NCBI GenBank assembly: GCA_963828165.1
Contig: CAWHDR010000005.1
Coordinates: forward strand, 32,001 to 96,000
Reading direction: 5' to 3'
DNA: 64,000 nucleotides
Source: an uncultured Chloroflexia bacterium
GTDB lineage: Bacteria; Chloroflexota; Limnocylindria; Limnocylindrales; CSP1-4
Positions 10,150 to 20,398 of the stretch are shown here, piece by piece. The translations under genes were made by a program, and so were the position numbers. Every line of letters starts with the position of its first letter. Within the stretch, counting starts at the first letter, position 1. The notes beneath the pieces are model-generated. The model had not been told where the DNA came from and did not search any database. It was given only the letters and a program-made list of their open reading frames with translations.

Positions 10150-10811
10150 ACGACGAACGGCACGCGCCCAGGATCGCCGTCGTCGACTACGGGGCCGGCA
10201 ACCTCGTGAGCATCGAGCAGGCGCTGACGACCGTCGGGGCGTCCGTGACGGTGGCACGGGACGGCGAGGCGTTTCGCGACGCCGACGCCGTCGTCGTGCC
10301 CGGGGTGGGCGCGGCCGGACCGGCGATGACGCGCCTGGAGGTTCGCGGCCTCGTTGACCCCATCCGTGCCTGGATCGCCGCCGATCGGCCGTTCCTCGGG
10401 ATCTGCCTGGGCCTGCAGCTGCTGTTCGACGGGAGCGACGAGGACGGCGCCACGACCCTCGGCGTGCTGCCGGGTCGAACCGCGCGGCTCCTCGATGCCC
10501 CGACGCTACCGCACATCGGCTGGAACCAGGTGGTCAGGGTCCGGGAGCATCCGCTGTTCGATGGGATCGAGGACGGCGCGGACCTGTACTTCGTCCACTC
10601 GTACGCGGGCGTACCCGCGGTCGGGGCCGACGATGCGGTCCTGGCCCGGACCGAACACGGACGTCCCTTCGTGTCGGCCGTCGCGCGCGGCCGGCTCCTC
10701 GGAGTCCAGTTCCACCCGGAACGAAGCGGCACCGACGGGCTGCGGCTCCTGGAGAACTTCGTGGGGCTCGTGGGGGCCCTGACGGCTGCACCGGCCGGGG
10801 CGGCCACCTGA
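10146..10811 (+). CDS. hisH: IGP synthase glutaminase subunit
   Basis: VDYGAGN, PGVG, GICLGLQ, PHIGWN, YFVHSY, QFHPE. Confidence 0.95.
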   Translation: MNDERHAPRIAVVDYGAGNLVSIEQALTTVGASVTVARDGEAFRDADAVVVPGVGAAGPAMTRLEVRGLVDPIRAWIAADRPFLGICLGLQLLFDGSDEDGATTLGVLPGRTARLLDAPTLPHIGWNQVVRVREHPLFDGIEDGADLYFVHSYAGVPAVGADDAVLARTEHGRPFVSAVARGRLLGVQFHPERSGTDGLRLLENFVGLVGALTAAPAGAAT

Positions 10812-11602
10812 TGCTGCGCCGCCGCGTCATCCCATGTCTGGACGTCGCCGACGGCCGGGTGGTCAAGGGCACCCGCTTCGTCGATCTCGTGGACGAGGGG
10901 GACCCGCCGGAGCTTGCCGAACGCTACGCGCGCGAAGGGGCGGACGAGCTCGTCTTCCTTGATATCTCGGCCGCACCGGAGCGGCGCGGCACGCTCCTGG
11001 ACATCGTGGAGCGGACGGCGCGCCGGGCGTTCATCCCCCTGACGGTCGGTGGTGGGGTGCGCACCGTCGAGGAGATGCGCGACGTGCTTCGCGCCGGTGC
11101 CGACAAGGTCTCGCTCAACACCGCGGCCGTCGCCGACCCGACACTGATCGCGCGGTGTGCGGCCCGCTTCGGGAGCCAGGCGGTCGTCGTGGCCATCGAT
11201 GCGCGTCGGCGGCTGCGCGGCGACATGGCGGACGTCGCCTGGGACGTCGTCATCAAGGGCGGCCGCGAATCCACCGATCTCGAAGCGGTGGCCTGGGCGG
11301 AGCGGGTCGTCCAGCTCGGGGCCGGCGAGCTCCTGGTCACGTCGATCGATCGCGATGGAACAGGCACGGGCTTCGATACCGAACTGCTCCGCGCGATCGC
11401 GACGCGCGTCGGGGTTCCGGTCATCGCCTCTGGCGGTGCCGCTGGCCCCGCCGATTTCGTCGCCGCGGTCCGCGACGGCGGGGCGGACGCCGTTCTTGCC
11501 GCCTCGATCTTCCACCGCCGGATCCACTCGATCGCCGCGGTCAAGGCGGCGATGGCGCAGGCGGGGCTGCCAGTTCGCCTCGTGCCGGAGGTGGCTGCGT
11601 GA
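10811..11602 (+). CDS. hisF: IGP synthase cyclase subunit
   Basis: [36 protein letters not shown]. Confidence 0.95.
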   Translation: MLRRRVIPCLDVADGRVVKGTRFVDLVDEGDPPELAERYAREGADELVFLDISAAPERRGTLLDIVERTARRAFIPLTVGGGVRTVEEMRDVLRAGADKVSLNTAAVADPTLIARCAARFGSQAVVVAIDARRRLRGDMADVAWDVVIKGGRESTDLEAVAWAERVVQLGAGELLVTSIDRDGTGTGFDTELLRAIATRVGVPVIASGGAAGPADFVAAVRDGGADAVLAASIFHRRIHSIAAVKAAMAQAGLPVRLVPEVAA

Positions 11603-12294
11603 GCGAGGTCGCCACAGCCGCCGCAGCCGCCGCGTCCATCGCACCGGCGAACGCTCCCGCGCCCGACGTGCGCTTCGGCCCCGACGGGCTCGTGCCCGCG
11701 ATCGTGCAGGACGCCGCCGACGGCCGGGTCCTCATGCTCGCCTGGATGGACGCCGAAGCCCTGGCCGCCACCGTCGAGACCGGCGACGTCCACTTTCACT
11801 CGCGCTCGCGCGGCCGACTCTGGCGCAAAGGCGAGACGAGCGGCAACGTCCTGCGGCTCGTCGACCTGGCCGTCGACTGCGACGGTGACGCGCTGCTCGT
11901 GACCGCCGACCCGGTGGGCCCGACCTGCCACCGGGATACGCGCTCGTGCTTCGATCCATCCGATGCGCCCGCCGAGCGCACCACGCAGGGGTTCGGGTGG
12001 CTCGAAACGCTGTGGTCCACCATCGCCTCACGCGCCGAGGAGCGCCCATCGGGGTCCTACACGACCAGCCTGCTCGACGGCGGCGTCGACGCGGTCGGTC
12101 GCAAGGTCACCGAGGAGGCCACCGAATTGCTGCTCGCAGCAAAGGACGATGCCACGGCCTCGTCGGATGCCACCAGGGCGGCATTGACCGGGGAGGCGGC
12201 GGATCTCCTCTACCACGCCCTCGTCCTGCTGGCCGAGCGCGGCGTCCCGCCGTCCGGCGTGCTCGCAACCCTGCGGAGCCGCCACGCGGAGTGA
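11599..12294 (+). CDS. hisIE: Bifunctional PR-AMP cyclohydrolase / PR-ATP pyrophosphatase
   Basis: SRSR..LW.KGETSG, DCDGD, CH....SCF; [20 protein letters not shown]. Confidence 0.93.
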   Translation: MSEVATAAAAAASIAPANAPAPDVRFGPDGLVPAIVQDAADGRVLMLAWMDAEALAATVETGDVHFHSRSRGRLWRKGETSGNVLRLVDLAVDCDGDALLVTADPVGPTCHRDTRSCFDPSDAPAERTTQGFGWLETLWSTIASRAEERPSGSYTTSLLDGGVDAVGRKVTEEATELLLAAKDDATASSDATRAALTGEAADLLYHALVLLAERGVPPSGVLATLRSRHAE

Positions 12295-12310
12295 GCCGGC
12301 GGGGCCACGG

Positions 12311-12392
12311 TCGACGTTGGCGCCACGACCGTTCCAACCGACGCCGGAACGCGCCACATCCCGGTGTTCCCGCGTCGATCGGGGACGTCGTC
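12311..12392. terminator. Long imperfect hairpin between convergent hisIE and tyrS
   Basis: cgacgccggaac...gttcccgcgtcg arms; no U-tract. Confidence 0.3.
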
Positions 12393-12408
12393 CGGGGGCG
12401 GAAGGCCG

Positions 12409-13707
12409 TTAGCCTGCCCGGCGACCGATCTCGCGGCGGCGCTTGCCGATCCGGACCTCGAGCCACTCCCCGGCGATGGGTTCCGGGACGAACGCCGGGT
12501 CCGACACCCGTGTCCCGTTGATCGTCACACCGCCGCCGGCGATCGTCCGGCGTGCCTCGCCACGCGACGGGAAGACGCCGGCCTCGGCCAGGAAGGCGGC
12601 CGTCCCCATCGCGAGCGACGCCGGATCGAATCGAAAGCCGCCGGTCGACTCGAACAGCGACCGGAGCACCTCGGGGTCGTCGATCGGCCCGGACGAGAAC
12701 ATCGACTCGGAATCGCGGATCGCCTCGGCCGCGGCCGCCTCCCCGTGCGTTCGCGCCGTGATGTCGCGGGCGAGCGCCCGTTGCGCCGCGCGGGCATCCG
12801 GCCGAGCCCCGGATTCGGCCTCGAGCGCGTCGATCTCCTCGCGTCCGAGCTCGGTGAACCAGCGCAGGTACGTGCCGACATCGCGGTCGTCCGTGTTGAG
12901 CCAGTACTGGTAGAAGGCGTATGGCGTGGTCCGGCTCGGATCCAGCCACACCGAATCCCCGACGTCGCTCTTGCCGAACTTCGACCCTGATGGCGTCAGC
13001 AGGAGGTTGTAGGCCAGCCCATGCGCCGGATGGGCCTCCTCCCCGGCTCCGCTGGTCCGGCGGATCAGCTCCAGGCCGGCCGTGATGTTGCCCCACTGGT
13101 CGGCGCCGCCCATCTGCAGCTCGACGCCCAGCTCCCGATACAGGTGGGCGAAGTCGTAGGCCTGCAGCAGCATGTAGCTGAACTCGGTGAACGACAGCCC
13201 ACGCTCCAGACGCACCTGGACCGAGTCCTTCGCGAGCATGTACGGGATCGTGAAGTGCTTGCCCGTGTCGCGCAGGAAGTCGATCAGCGACAGGGAGCCA
13301 AGCCAATCGAGGTTGTTCACCATGCGGGCCGCGCCGGCGCCGGGCGAAAAGTCCAGGAACCGCTCCAGCTGCGCACGGATGGCGGCGAGGTTGCTTCCCA
13401 GCGTCTCGGTGTCGAGCAGGTTGCGTTCCGAGGACCGCCCGGACGGGTCTCCGATCATCCCGGTCCCGCCCCCGACGACCGCCACGGGCCGTCCCCCATG
13501 ACGCTGCAGCCGGAGCAGCCCGAAGATCGGGACCAGGTGCCCGACGTGCAGCGAATCGAAGGTCGGATCGAAGCCGATGTACCCGCTGATCGGCTCGCCC
13601 GACCCGAGGCGTGCGGGCAGCCCTGGCGTCGTGGCGTGCAGGATGCCTCGCCACTCGAGCTCCTCGAGCAGGCCCGAACCCGCGCCCGAGGGGCCCTCCG
13701 CCGTCAC
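12409..13707 (-). CDS. tyrS: Tyrosine--tRNA ligase
   Basis: YIGFDPT..SLHVGH, GMIGDPSG, Y..LQAYD, GGADQWGN, KFGKS; C-terminal S4 domain. Confidence 0.96.
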   Translation of the reverse strand: MTAEGPSGAGSGLLEELEWRGILHATTPGLPARLGSGEPISGYIGFDPTFDSLHVGHLVPIFGLLRLQRHGGRPVAVVGGGTGMIGDPSGRSSERNLLDTETLGSNLAAIRAQLERFLDFSPGAGAARMVNNLDWLGSLSLIDFLRDTGKHFTIPYMLAKDSVQVRLERGLSFTEFSYMLLQAYDFAHLYRELGVELQMGGADQWGNITAGLELIRRTSGAGEEAHPAHGLAYNLLLTPSGSKFGKSDVGDSVWLDPSRTTPYAFYQYWLNTDDRDVGTYLRWFTELGREEIDALEAESGARPDARAAQRALARDITARTHGEAAAAEAIRDSESMFSSGPIDDPEVLRSLFESTGGFRFDPASLAMGTAAFLAEAGVFPSRGEARRTIAGGGVTINGTRVSDPAFVPEPIAGEWLEVRIGKRRREIGRRAG

Positions 13708-13790
13708 AGCGCGAGGCTCCAGGGCGTCCCTGAGCGGTGAGCCAAGTACGAACGTCCGTTCACGGACCCTATGCTATCGTGCGGACTTAG

Positions 13791-16532
13791 ATGCAGACCA
13801 CCCGTGCGCGGCGGCAGCGTCACAGACGCGCCCAGGGTCGCCGGCCCGTCAAGCGCGGGTCCGCCCTCCGTCGCATCCTCATCGCCATCCCGATCATCAT
13901 CCTCCTCGTCGGCGTGCTGCTGGCCGGGGCGGGTGCGTTGTTCACGGTGGCCGCGTACAACTACTACGCGGCGGGCCTGCCGGACCCCGAGGAAGCCCTC
14001 ACCGACCTCGACTTCGAGCAGCAGACGATCGTCTCCGACCGAACGGGCAAAGTCGAGCTCGCGCGCCTGGGCACCCTGCGCCGAGAGCTCGTCGAATTCG
14101 ACGAGATCCCGCGCGAGATGCTCGATGCGACGACCGCGATCGAGGACAAGGACTTCTGGATCAACGCCGGCTTCGACCCGCTCGGCATCATCAGCGCAGG
14201 GCTCGACACGATCTCCGGTCGACCGCGCGGTGCCTCGACCATCACCCAGCAGCTCGTCCGCAACCGGCTCCTGCCCGCGGAGGCCTTCGCGGACTCCACG
14301 TACGAGCGCAAGGTCCGCGAGATCATCCAGTCGATCCGCCTGACCGAAGCGTATCCGGGCGACACCGGCAAGCAGGAGATCATCACCGCGTACCTCAACA
14401 ACAACTTCTACGGCAACTCGACGTACGGGGTGAAGGCCGCGGCGAAGGGCTACTTCGGCAAGAAGCTCGAGGACCTGACCCTCGCCCAATACGCGATCCT
14501 GGCCGCCATCCCGCAGTCGCCGACCAGGTTCGACCTCGTGCGCAACGCGGAGGAGGTCTGCCTCGACGAGGTCGAGGAGGGTGCCGAGGCCGCCGCGGAC
14601 GCCGAAACGGTGGACTGCAAAGAGGTCCAGCTCGTCGTGCCCGACACGAGCGAGATCGTCCAGCGCCGCAACTACGTCCTGGACCTGATGCGCACGCGCA
14701 GCCCGTTGACCGGCACGAAGCACCGGCCGGCCGAGTACGAGGCCGCCAAGCTCGAGCCGGTCGTGATCGCGAAGCAGATCTCCGCCACCTGGCGGGCGCC
14801 CCATTTCGTGTGGCAGGTTCGCGAAGCTCTCTCCGCCATCGTGTGCCCGGAAAACCCCACCGATTGCACCAAGGTCGACACGGGCGGATATCGCGTCACG
14901 ACGAGCCTCGATTGGGACATGCAGAAGATCACGGAGAAATGGGTCTACGTCGGGTCCAGAGCGCCGCAATCCAAGAACACCCGCAAGATCCTCGATCAGA
15001 AGAAGATCCCCAATCGGGAGCGGGGCTGGATCATGAACCTCAAGGGCCGCAACCTCCACAACGCGGCGGCCGCCGTGATCGACTACCGCACCGGTGAGGT
15101 CCTCTCGTACGCCGGCAGCGCGAGCTACACGTCCAAGGGCACCAAGAAGTTCCAGCCACAGTTCGACGTGCTGAGCGACGGCTGGCGGCAGCCCGGATCA
15201 TCGATCAAGCCGATCGACTACGCCATCGGCATCGAGGACGAGGTCCTGACGGCCAGCACGATGTTCATGGACGTCGTGACCGACTTCGGCGGGAAGTTCA
15301 CCCCGACCCAGGCCGACAAGCTCGAGCGCGGACCCGTCCGCCTGCGCAGCGCCCTGCAGTTCTCCCTCAACATCCCCGCCATCAAGGCCACGATCATGCA
15401 GGGCCTCGATCACACCTACGAGCGGACCCAGGACTTCGGGCTGTCCTACCCGGACACGGCGACCCCGGTCCTCTCGATGGGCATCGGGACGCTGGAAACC
15501 CACCCGATCGACATGCTCAGTGCCTACGGCACGATCGCCAACGGCGGCGTCCGGATGCCACGCCAGATGATCATGAAGGTGGTCGACGAGGACGGGAAGC
15601 AGATCTGGCCGCTCGACGACCAGAAGCCCGAGGGCGTCGAGGTCATCAGCCCGCAGGCCGCCTACATCATCACGGACATCCTCGCCGGCAACACCCAGAC
15701 GAAGACCAACCCGTACTGGGGCGAGTTCGCCATCTACCGCAAGGGCGTTCGCCGACCCGCCGCCTACAAGACGGGCACCACCTCCGATAACCGCGACGTG
15801 CATGCCTATGGCTACCTGGCGCCCCCCAAGGACCCTGACCGGCCGGCGCTGGCGGCAGGCGTCTGGATGGGCAACAGCAACAACGAGCCGAACAAGGGCA
15901 GCCTCTCGCTCGATTCGTCGGCGCCGTTGTGGTCCGCGCTCCTGGAGGAAGTGAGCGCGAAATACGGCGTCTCCTCGTTCAAGGCGCCCGGTGGTCTTCA
16001 GACTGCGACCGTGGACGCCTTCACGGGCCTCAAACCCGGTCCGTTCACGAAGAAGACCGTCAAGGAGCTGTTCCTGAAGGGCACCGTCCCGACCGAGCGC
16101 GAGACCATCCGCGTCTCCCTCGCGGTCGATGACGCATCGGGCCTGCTGTGGCGGGACGGCTGCGTCGGGCCGAAGGTGCAGCGCGGCTTCTTCGATCTTC
16201 GCGAGGTGGAGAGCAACTATCCGGCCTGGCAGAAGGCCAACCGCAACTGGGCCTCGCGCGCAGCCCAGGGACCCGGCCGTCGCGGGGGCCCCGAGGGAAC
16301 CAGGACGTCCTACTTCTACAACAGCGGGTTCCGTCCGTTCGGCAGCTCGTGGGGGGCGCCGTTCGCCCCGCGCACCAAGTGCCCACTGGCGCCGCCGCCG
16401 GATCCGATCTGCGATCCGCTGGTGAGCCCGGCACCCAGCGTCCCGTGCATCCCGGCCCCGACCGATGACGAGGATGACGGCGGAGGCGGCAACAAACCGC
16501 CGAAGAAGACCCCGAAGCCGCCGGGAGGCTGA
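13791..16532 (+). CDS. Class A penicillin-binding protein (transglycosylase/transpeptidase)
   Basis: N-terminal TM; EDKDF, GASTITQQL, RKVRE, YLN; transpeptidase SSIK, SLN, KTGT. Confidence 0.92.
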   Translation: MQTTRARRQRHRRAQGRRPVKRGSALRRILIAIPIIILLVGVLLAGAGALFTVAAYNYYAAGLPDPEEALTDLDFEQQTIVSDRTGKVELARLGTLRRELVEFDEIPREMLDATTAIEDKDFWINAGFDPLGIISAGLDTISGRPRGASTITQQLVRNRLLPAEAFADSTYERKVREIIQSIRLTEAYPGDTGKQEIITAYLNNNFYGNSTYGVKAAAKGYFGKKLEDLTLAQYAILAAIPQSPTRFDLVRNAEEVCLDEVEEGAEAAADAETVDCKEVQLVVPDTSEIVQRRNYVLDLMRTRSPLTGTKHRPAEYEAAKLEPVVIAKQISATWRAPHFVWQVREALSAIVCPENPTDCTKVDTGGYRVTTSLDWDMQKITEKWVYVGSRAPQSKNTRKILDQKKIPNRERGWIMNLKGRNLHNAAAAVIDYRTGEVLSYAGSASYTSKGTKKFQPQFDVLSDGWRQPGSSIKPIDYAIGIEDEVLTASTMFMDVVTDFGGKFTPTQADKLERGPVRLRSALQFSLNIPAIKATIMQGLDHTYERTQDFGLSYPDTATPVLSMGIGTLETHPIDMLSAYGTIANGGVRMPRQMIMKVVDEDGKQIWPLDDQKPEGVEVISPQAAYIITDILAGNTQTKTNPYWGEFAIYRKGVRRPAAYKTGTTSDNRDVHAYGYLAPPKDPDRPALAAGVWMGNSNNEPNKGSLSLDSSAPLWSALLEEVSAKYGVSSFKAPGGLQTATVDAFTGLKPGPFTKKTVKELFLKGTVPTERETIRVSLAVDDASGLLWRDGCVGPKVQRGFFDLREVESNYPAWQKANRNWASRAAQGPGRRGGPEGTRTSYFYNSGFRPFGSSWGAPFAPRTKCPLAPPPDPICDPLVSPAPSVPCIPAPTDDEDDGGGGNKPPKKTPKPPGG

Positions 16533-16547
16533 CGCCGACGAGCCTCG

Positions 16548-18903
16548 TCAGAGGCTGACGATCGTCGCCCCGTCTCCACCTTCACCGCGCTCCCCGGGGC
16601 GCGCGGAGCGCACCAATGGATGCGTCGCCACGGCCTCGCGGACCGCGTCGCGCAATGCCCCCGTGCCCATCCCGTGGACGACGGTGACCGCACCGAGTCC
16701 GGCCAGACTGGCGTCGTCGAGGTAGCGACCCAGCGCTTCGAGCGCCTCCTCGACACGGGCCCCGCGCAGGTCCAACGACGATGCCACGCTGCGGGCGCGA
16801 TCGAGCCGCAGGGCCGTCGCGTTCGTGCTGCCGGCGCCACCGGCAGTCTCGAGCGCAGGCGACGGCCGGCCGAGAGCCGGTTCGAGGTCGTCGAGGTCCA
16901 CCAGGACGCGCATCCCGCCGGCCTCCAGCGTCGCGCGCAGGCCACCCTTGTCCATCGCCGCGATGCGGCCTTCCCAGCCGCCCGAGCGGCTGCGTGCCCG
17001 GTCACCGACCTGCCACTGCCTGGGGTCTGATGGCGGCGGACCCGGTTCCGCCACGTCATTCACGGCCGGGAGCCGCGCGGCGATGGCCTCCGCTCGGTTG
17101 ACCGCCGCGTCCAGCGTGTCGGCGGTGACCGTCTCCCGCTCGAGGGCCCGACGCGTCTCCGCGAGCTCTGCCCGCAGGTCCTCCACCACGCGATCGGCTT
17201 CCAGGCGGGCCGCGCGAACGTGCTCGTCACGTTCGCTGCGGGCCTTGCGGCGCTCCTCTGCGGCCGTTCTCAGCGCGTCGGCGGCGCGAGCCTCCGCTGC
17301 GAGGGCCCGGTCGAGCGCCTCGCTCGTCTCGCCCTCGGTTGCCTTGATCGCGGCGAGGGTCGCCTCGAATGAGCGCTGCGCCTCGGTCAGTCGCGATCGG
17401 GCGTCGTCGACGATCGCTTCGGGAAGCCCCAGGCGCTCGGCGATGGCGAACGCCTGGCTGCCACCGGGCAGGCCGATCGTGAGGCGATAGGTCGGCGACA
17501 GCGTCTCGATGTCGAACTCGACGGCGGCGTTGCTCGCTCCGGGTGTCGTGTGAGCGTAGGCCTTCAGCTCGGCGTAGTGGGTCGTGGCCGCGACGACGGC
17601 CCCGGCCCGGATGAAGTGGTCAAGCAGCGCCTGGGCCAGGGCCGAGCCCTCGGTCGGATCCGTGCCCGCACCGAGCTCGTCGAGCAGGACGAGCGTGCCC
17701 CGACCGGCCTCGGCGACGATGCTCGTGATGCGGCGAAGATGGCCCGAGAACGTCGAGAGGGATTGCGCCACGGACTGCTCGTCACCGATGTCGGCGAAGA
17801 CGTCGCGCCAGACCGGCAGACGGCTCCCGGCCGCTGCCGGGATGTGCAGCCCGGACTGGTGCATGAGGCTGAGCAGCCCGAGCGTTCGCAGGGTCACGGT
17901 CTTGCCGCCCGTGTTGGGGCCGGTCACGACGAGCGCGGTGTAGCCGTCGCCGATCCGGATGTCGATCGGGACGACGGTGCCGGTGAGGCCCGGATGGCGC
18001 GCCGAGAGCAGGATCACCTCGGGTCGATCTGCTGTCTCCGCGCGTGTTCCATCCATGTCGGCACCGAGACTCGCCTTGGCCGCCCACAGGTCGAACCGGG
18101 CGAGCGCGTCGAGGGTCTCGCGCAGCGCTGCGGCATTTGCCCCGACGAGCGCCGACAGCTCGTCGAGGATCCGGGCGATCTCGTCCCCCTCGGCGAGCTG
18201 AGCCTCCCGCCACGCATTCCCGAGCTCGACCGCGACGAGCGGCTCGATGAACAGCGTCTGGCCGCTGCCCGAGGCGTCGTGGACGATGCCCTTGACCCTG
18301 GAACGGGCCTCGGCCTTGACCGGCACCACGTAGCGGCCGTTGCGCAACGTCACGATCGGTTCCTGCAGGGCGTTCCCGAGCTCGGCGCCGACGAGGGCGT
18401 CCAGACGGCGGCGCAGCCGGTCGTACGCCACCCTGACCGCGGCGCGCAAGCCCCCGAGCCGCGGCGAGGCCGTGTCGAGCATCTCGCCGACCGGGTCGAA
18501 GCTGCGCGCGAGCGTGCTCCGGATCGCCGGCAGGGCATGCAGCTCGCCGACCGAGGTCGCGCAGCAGCGATCGCCGCTCGTCGGCCAGGGACGTCGCAAG
18601 CCGCGCGGTCGCATCGAGCGTCTCGGCGAGCTCGAGGAACTGGGCGGCGTCGAGGCGACCGCCCCGGGCCGCTCGTTCGATCGAGGGGCCGATGTCGTGG
18701 GCCGCCCCGACCCCCACCCCAGGTCGATCTTCGATGAGCGATCGGGCCTGGTCGGTCTCGTCGAGCCGGCGGGCGACGATGACGGGGTCGGACGCCGGCT
18801 CGAGAGCTTCTGCGAGCCGGCGCGACGGAGGGAACGACGTGGCCGCCGCGAGCCGCTCGCGGACGAGCGGGAACTCGAGGAGCGCCTGCGAGCGTGCGTC
18901 CAT
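16548..18903 (-). CDS. mutS2: Endonuclease/ribosome-splitting factor MutS2 (frameshift near 18547)
   Basis: MDARSQALLEF start; HDASGSGQT, TGPNTGGKT, DIGDEQS, DELGAGTDP, TTHY; KOW-like segment; Smr LDLRG..VHGMGTG. Confidence 0.93.
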
Positions 18904-19640
18904 CAGCCGCGCGGGCGACCGACGGCCGGGTGGCCGCCATGCCGCCACGCCGAGGCCGGCCCGGAGACGGAGCGGTGACCCGCGATGGCGAACCGCCACG
19001 GACGCGCCGCCCAGGCCTCCCCGGCATAGGCGACCCCCACGCGGGTACCGATGGCGACCTGGTCCGGCGTGACGACGGCTGGGTCTTCCGGTGAACCAGC
19101 GTCCGACTCGAGGCGGAGCGGGCTGAACGGATCGCACAGGTCGGTCCCGGTCCACGTGGTGTCCATGCCGAAGGCGGCCCCCACGAGCCCAGGGCCGCTC
19201 GCCAGGCGATGATCGGGGGTCCGTTCCAGGCGCTGCCGCGCGGCCACGGCCCCAGCGTCGGTCCGACCAGCGCGCCGGCGACGATCCCAGGCCAGGCGAT
19301 CGGCCCGCATGCGCTCGATGCCGGCCAGCGGTTCGACGGCGCGAATGAGCACCGCAGACGGCCGGCCCGTCGGCTCGGTGACCACGTTCAGGCAGTCGTA
19401 CATCCCGTAGACAAGGTACACGTAGGCGAATCCCGGTGGCCCGGCCATGACCCGGTTGCGGACCGTCGACGCAAAACGGGCATGGGAGGCGAGGTCCTCA
19501 GGACCCCCATACGCCTCGACTTCGACGATCCGCGCTTCGCGCCGCCCGGTGGGGTCATCGCGAACCAGCCGCGCGCCGAGCAGCCCTGGGGCGACCTCCT
19601 CGGGCGGGCGGGCCAGCTTCCCTCGATCGACGACGGTCAG
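18903..19640 (-). CDS. DNA-3-methyladenine glycosylase (MPG/AAG family); start uncertain
   Basis: RIVEVEAY, D.ASHA, AYVYLVYGMY..LNVV, AVLIRA, GPG, RVGV, PWRF. Confidence 0.88.
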   Translation of the reverse strand: MTVVDRGKLARPPEEVAPGLLGARLVRDDPTGRREARIVEVEAYGGPEDLASHARFASTVRNRVMAGPPGFAYVYLVYGMYDCLNVVTEPTGRPSAVLIRAVEPLAGIERMRADRLAWDRRRRAGRTDAGAVAARQRLERTPDHRLASGPGLVGAAFGMDTTWTGTDLCDPFSPLRLESDAGSPEDPAVVTPDQVAIGTRVGVAYAGEAWAARPWRFAIAGHRSVSGPASAWRHGGHPAVGRPRG

Positions 19641-20230
19641 GCCGGCGGGCTCGTGTAGTAGACCTCGATGGAGTCGGGGATGAACAGCCCGAACACCGTG
19701 AAGAAGCCCGGGATCAGCGTCGACTGGAAGTAGTCGACGATCTGCGAGGTCTCGAGCGCGTTCCACAACTCGCGCAGCCCAAGCAGCTCGTTCGGGTCCT
19801 GGGCGATGCCCGGCACCAGGAAGAACGAGCCTAGGATGATGATCGTCGCGCCCAGGATGATCCCGGCCTCGATCAACCCCAGCACGCCGCCGAGGATCTC
19901 ATCCGCCCAGCGGGCTTTCGCGAACAGCGGCTGCGGCTTGTACCAGCCCTGTGCGACGAGCGCGAATGCGATGACGGCGGCCAGGAACACCGTGCCGAAC
20001 CCGACCATGTAGGAGTACTGCCGCGAGAACTGCGACCAGTTGTTGGCCAGGAATGCGCCGAGCGGCTCGAACAGGTTGGCCGAGAGCAGGAACGAGAACA
20101 TGATCGCGCCGATGCCGATCACCCGGCGGATGGCGCCCTGGGCGAACCCGAGCACGAAGAACCCGATGAAAAAGAGGACGAGCAGCAGGTCGACCGTAGA
20201 CATCCCGCCGAGGAACTCCCCGAAGTCCAC
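19637..20230 (-). CDS. CvpA family membrane protein
   Basis: VDLLLV....GF..G, DEILGGVLG; 4 TM segments; AGGAGG before GTG. Confidence 0.8.
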   Translation of the reverse strand: MDFGEFLGGMSTVDLLLVLFFIGFFVLGFAQGAIRRVIGIGAIMFSFLLSANLFEPLGAFLANNWSQFSRQYSYMVGFGTVFLAAVIAFALVAQGWYKPQPLFAKARWADEILGGVLGLIEAGIILGATIIILGSFFLVPGIAQDPNELLGLRELWNALETSQIVDYFQSTLIPGFFTVFGLFIPDSIEVYYTSPPA

Positions 20231-20398
20231 CGTCCCTCCTTGGAACATGAGAATCCGCCCGAACCGTCCGGTCCGGGGCGGCGCAAGGGTAGCAGCGGCT
20301 CGCGACGCGTCGCAACCGGGACGAAGGTCGTGGGTGATGGGGACCGTCTGGTGTGGTCTGGGGCAGTCTGGTGGGGTCCGGAGACGAACCCGTTCGGT

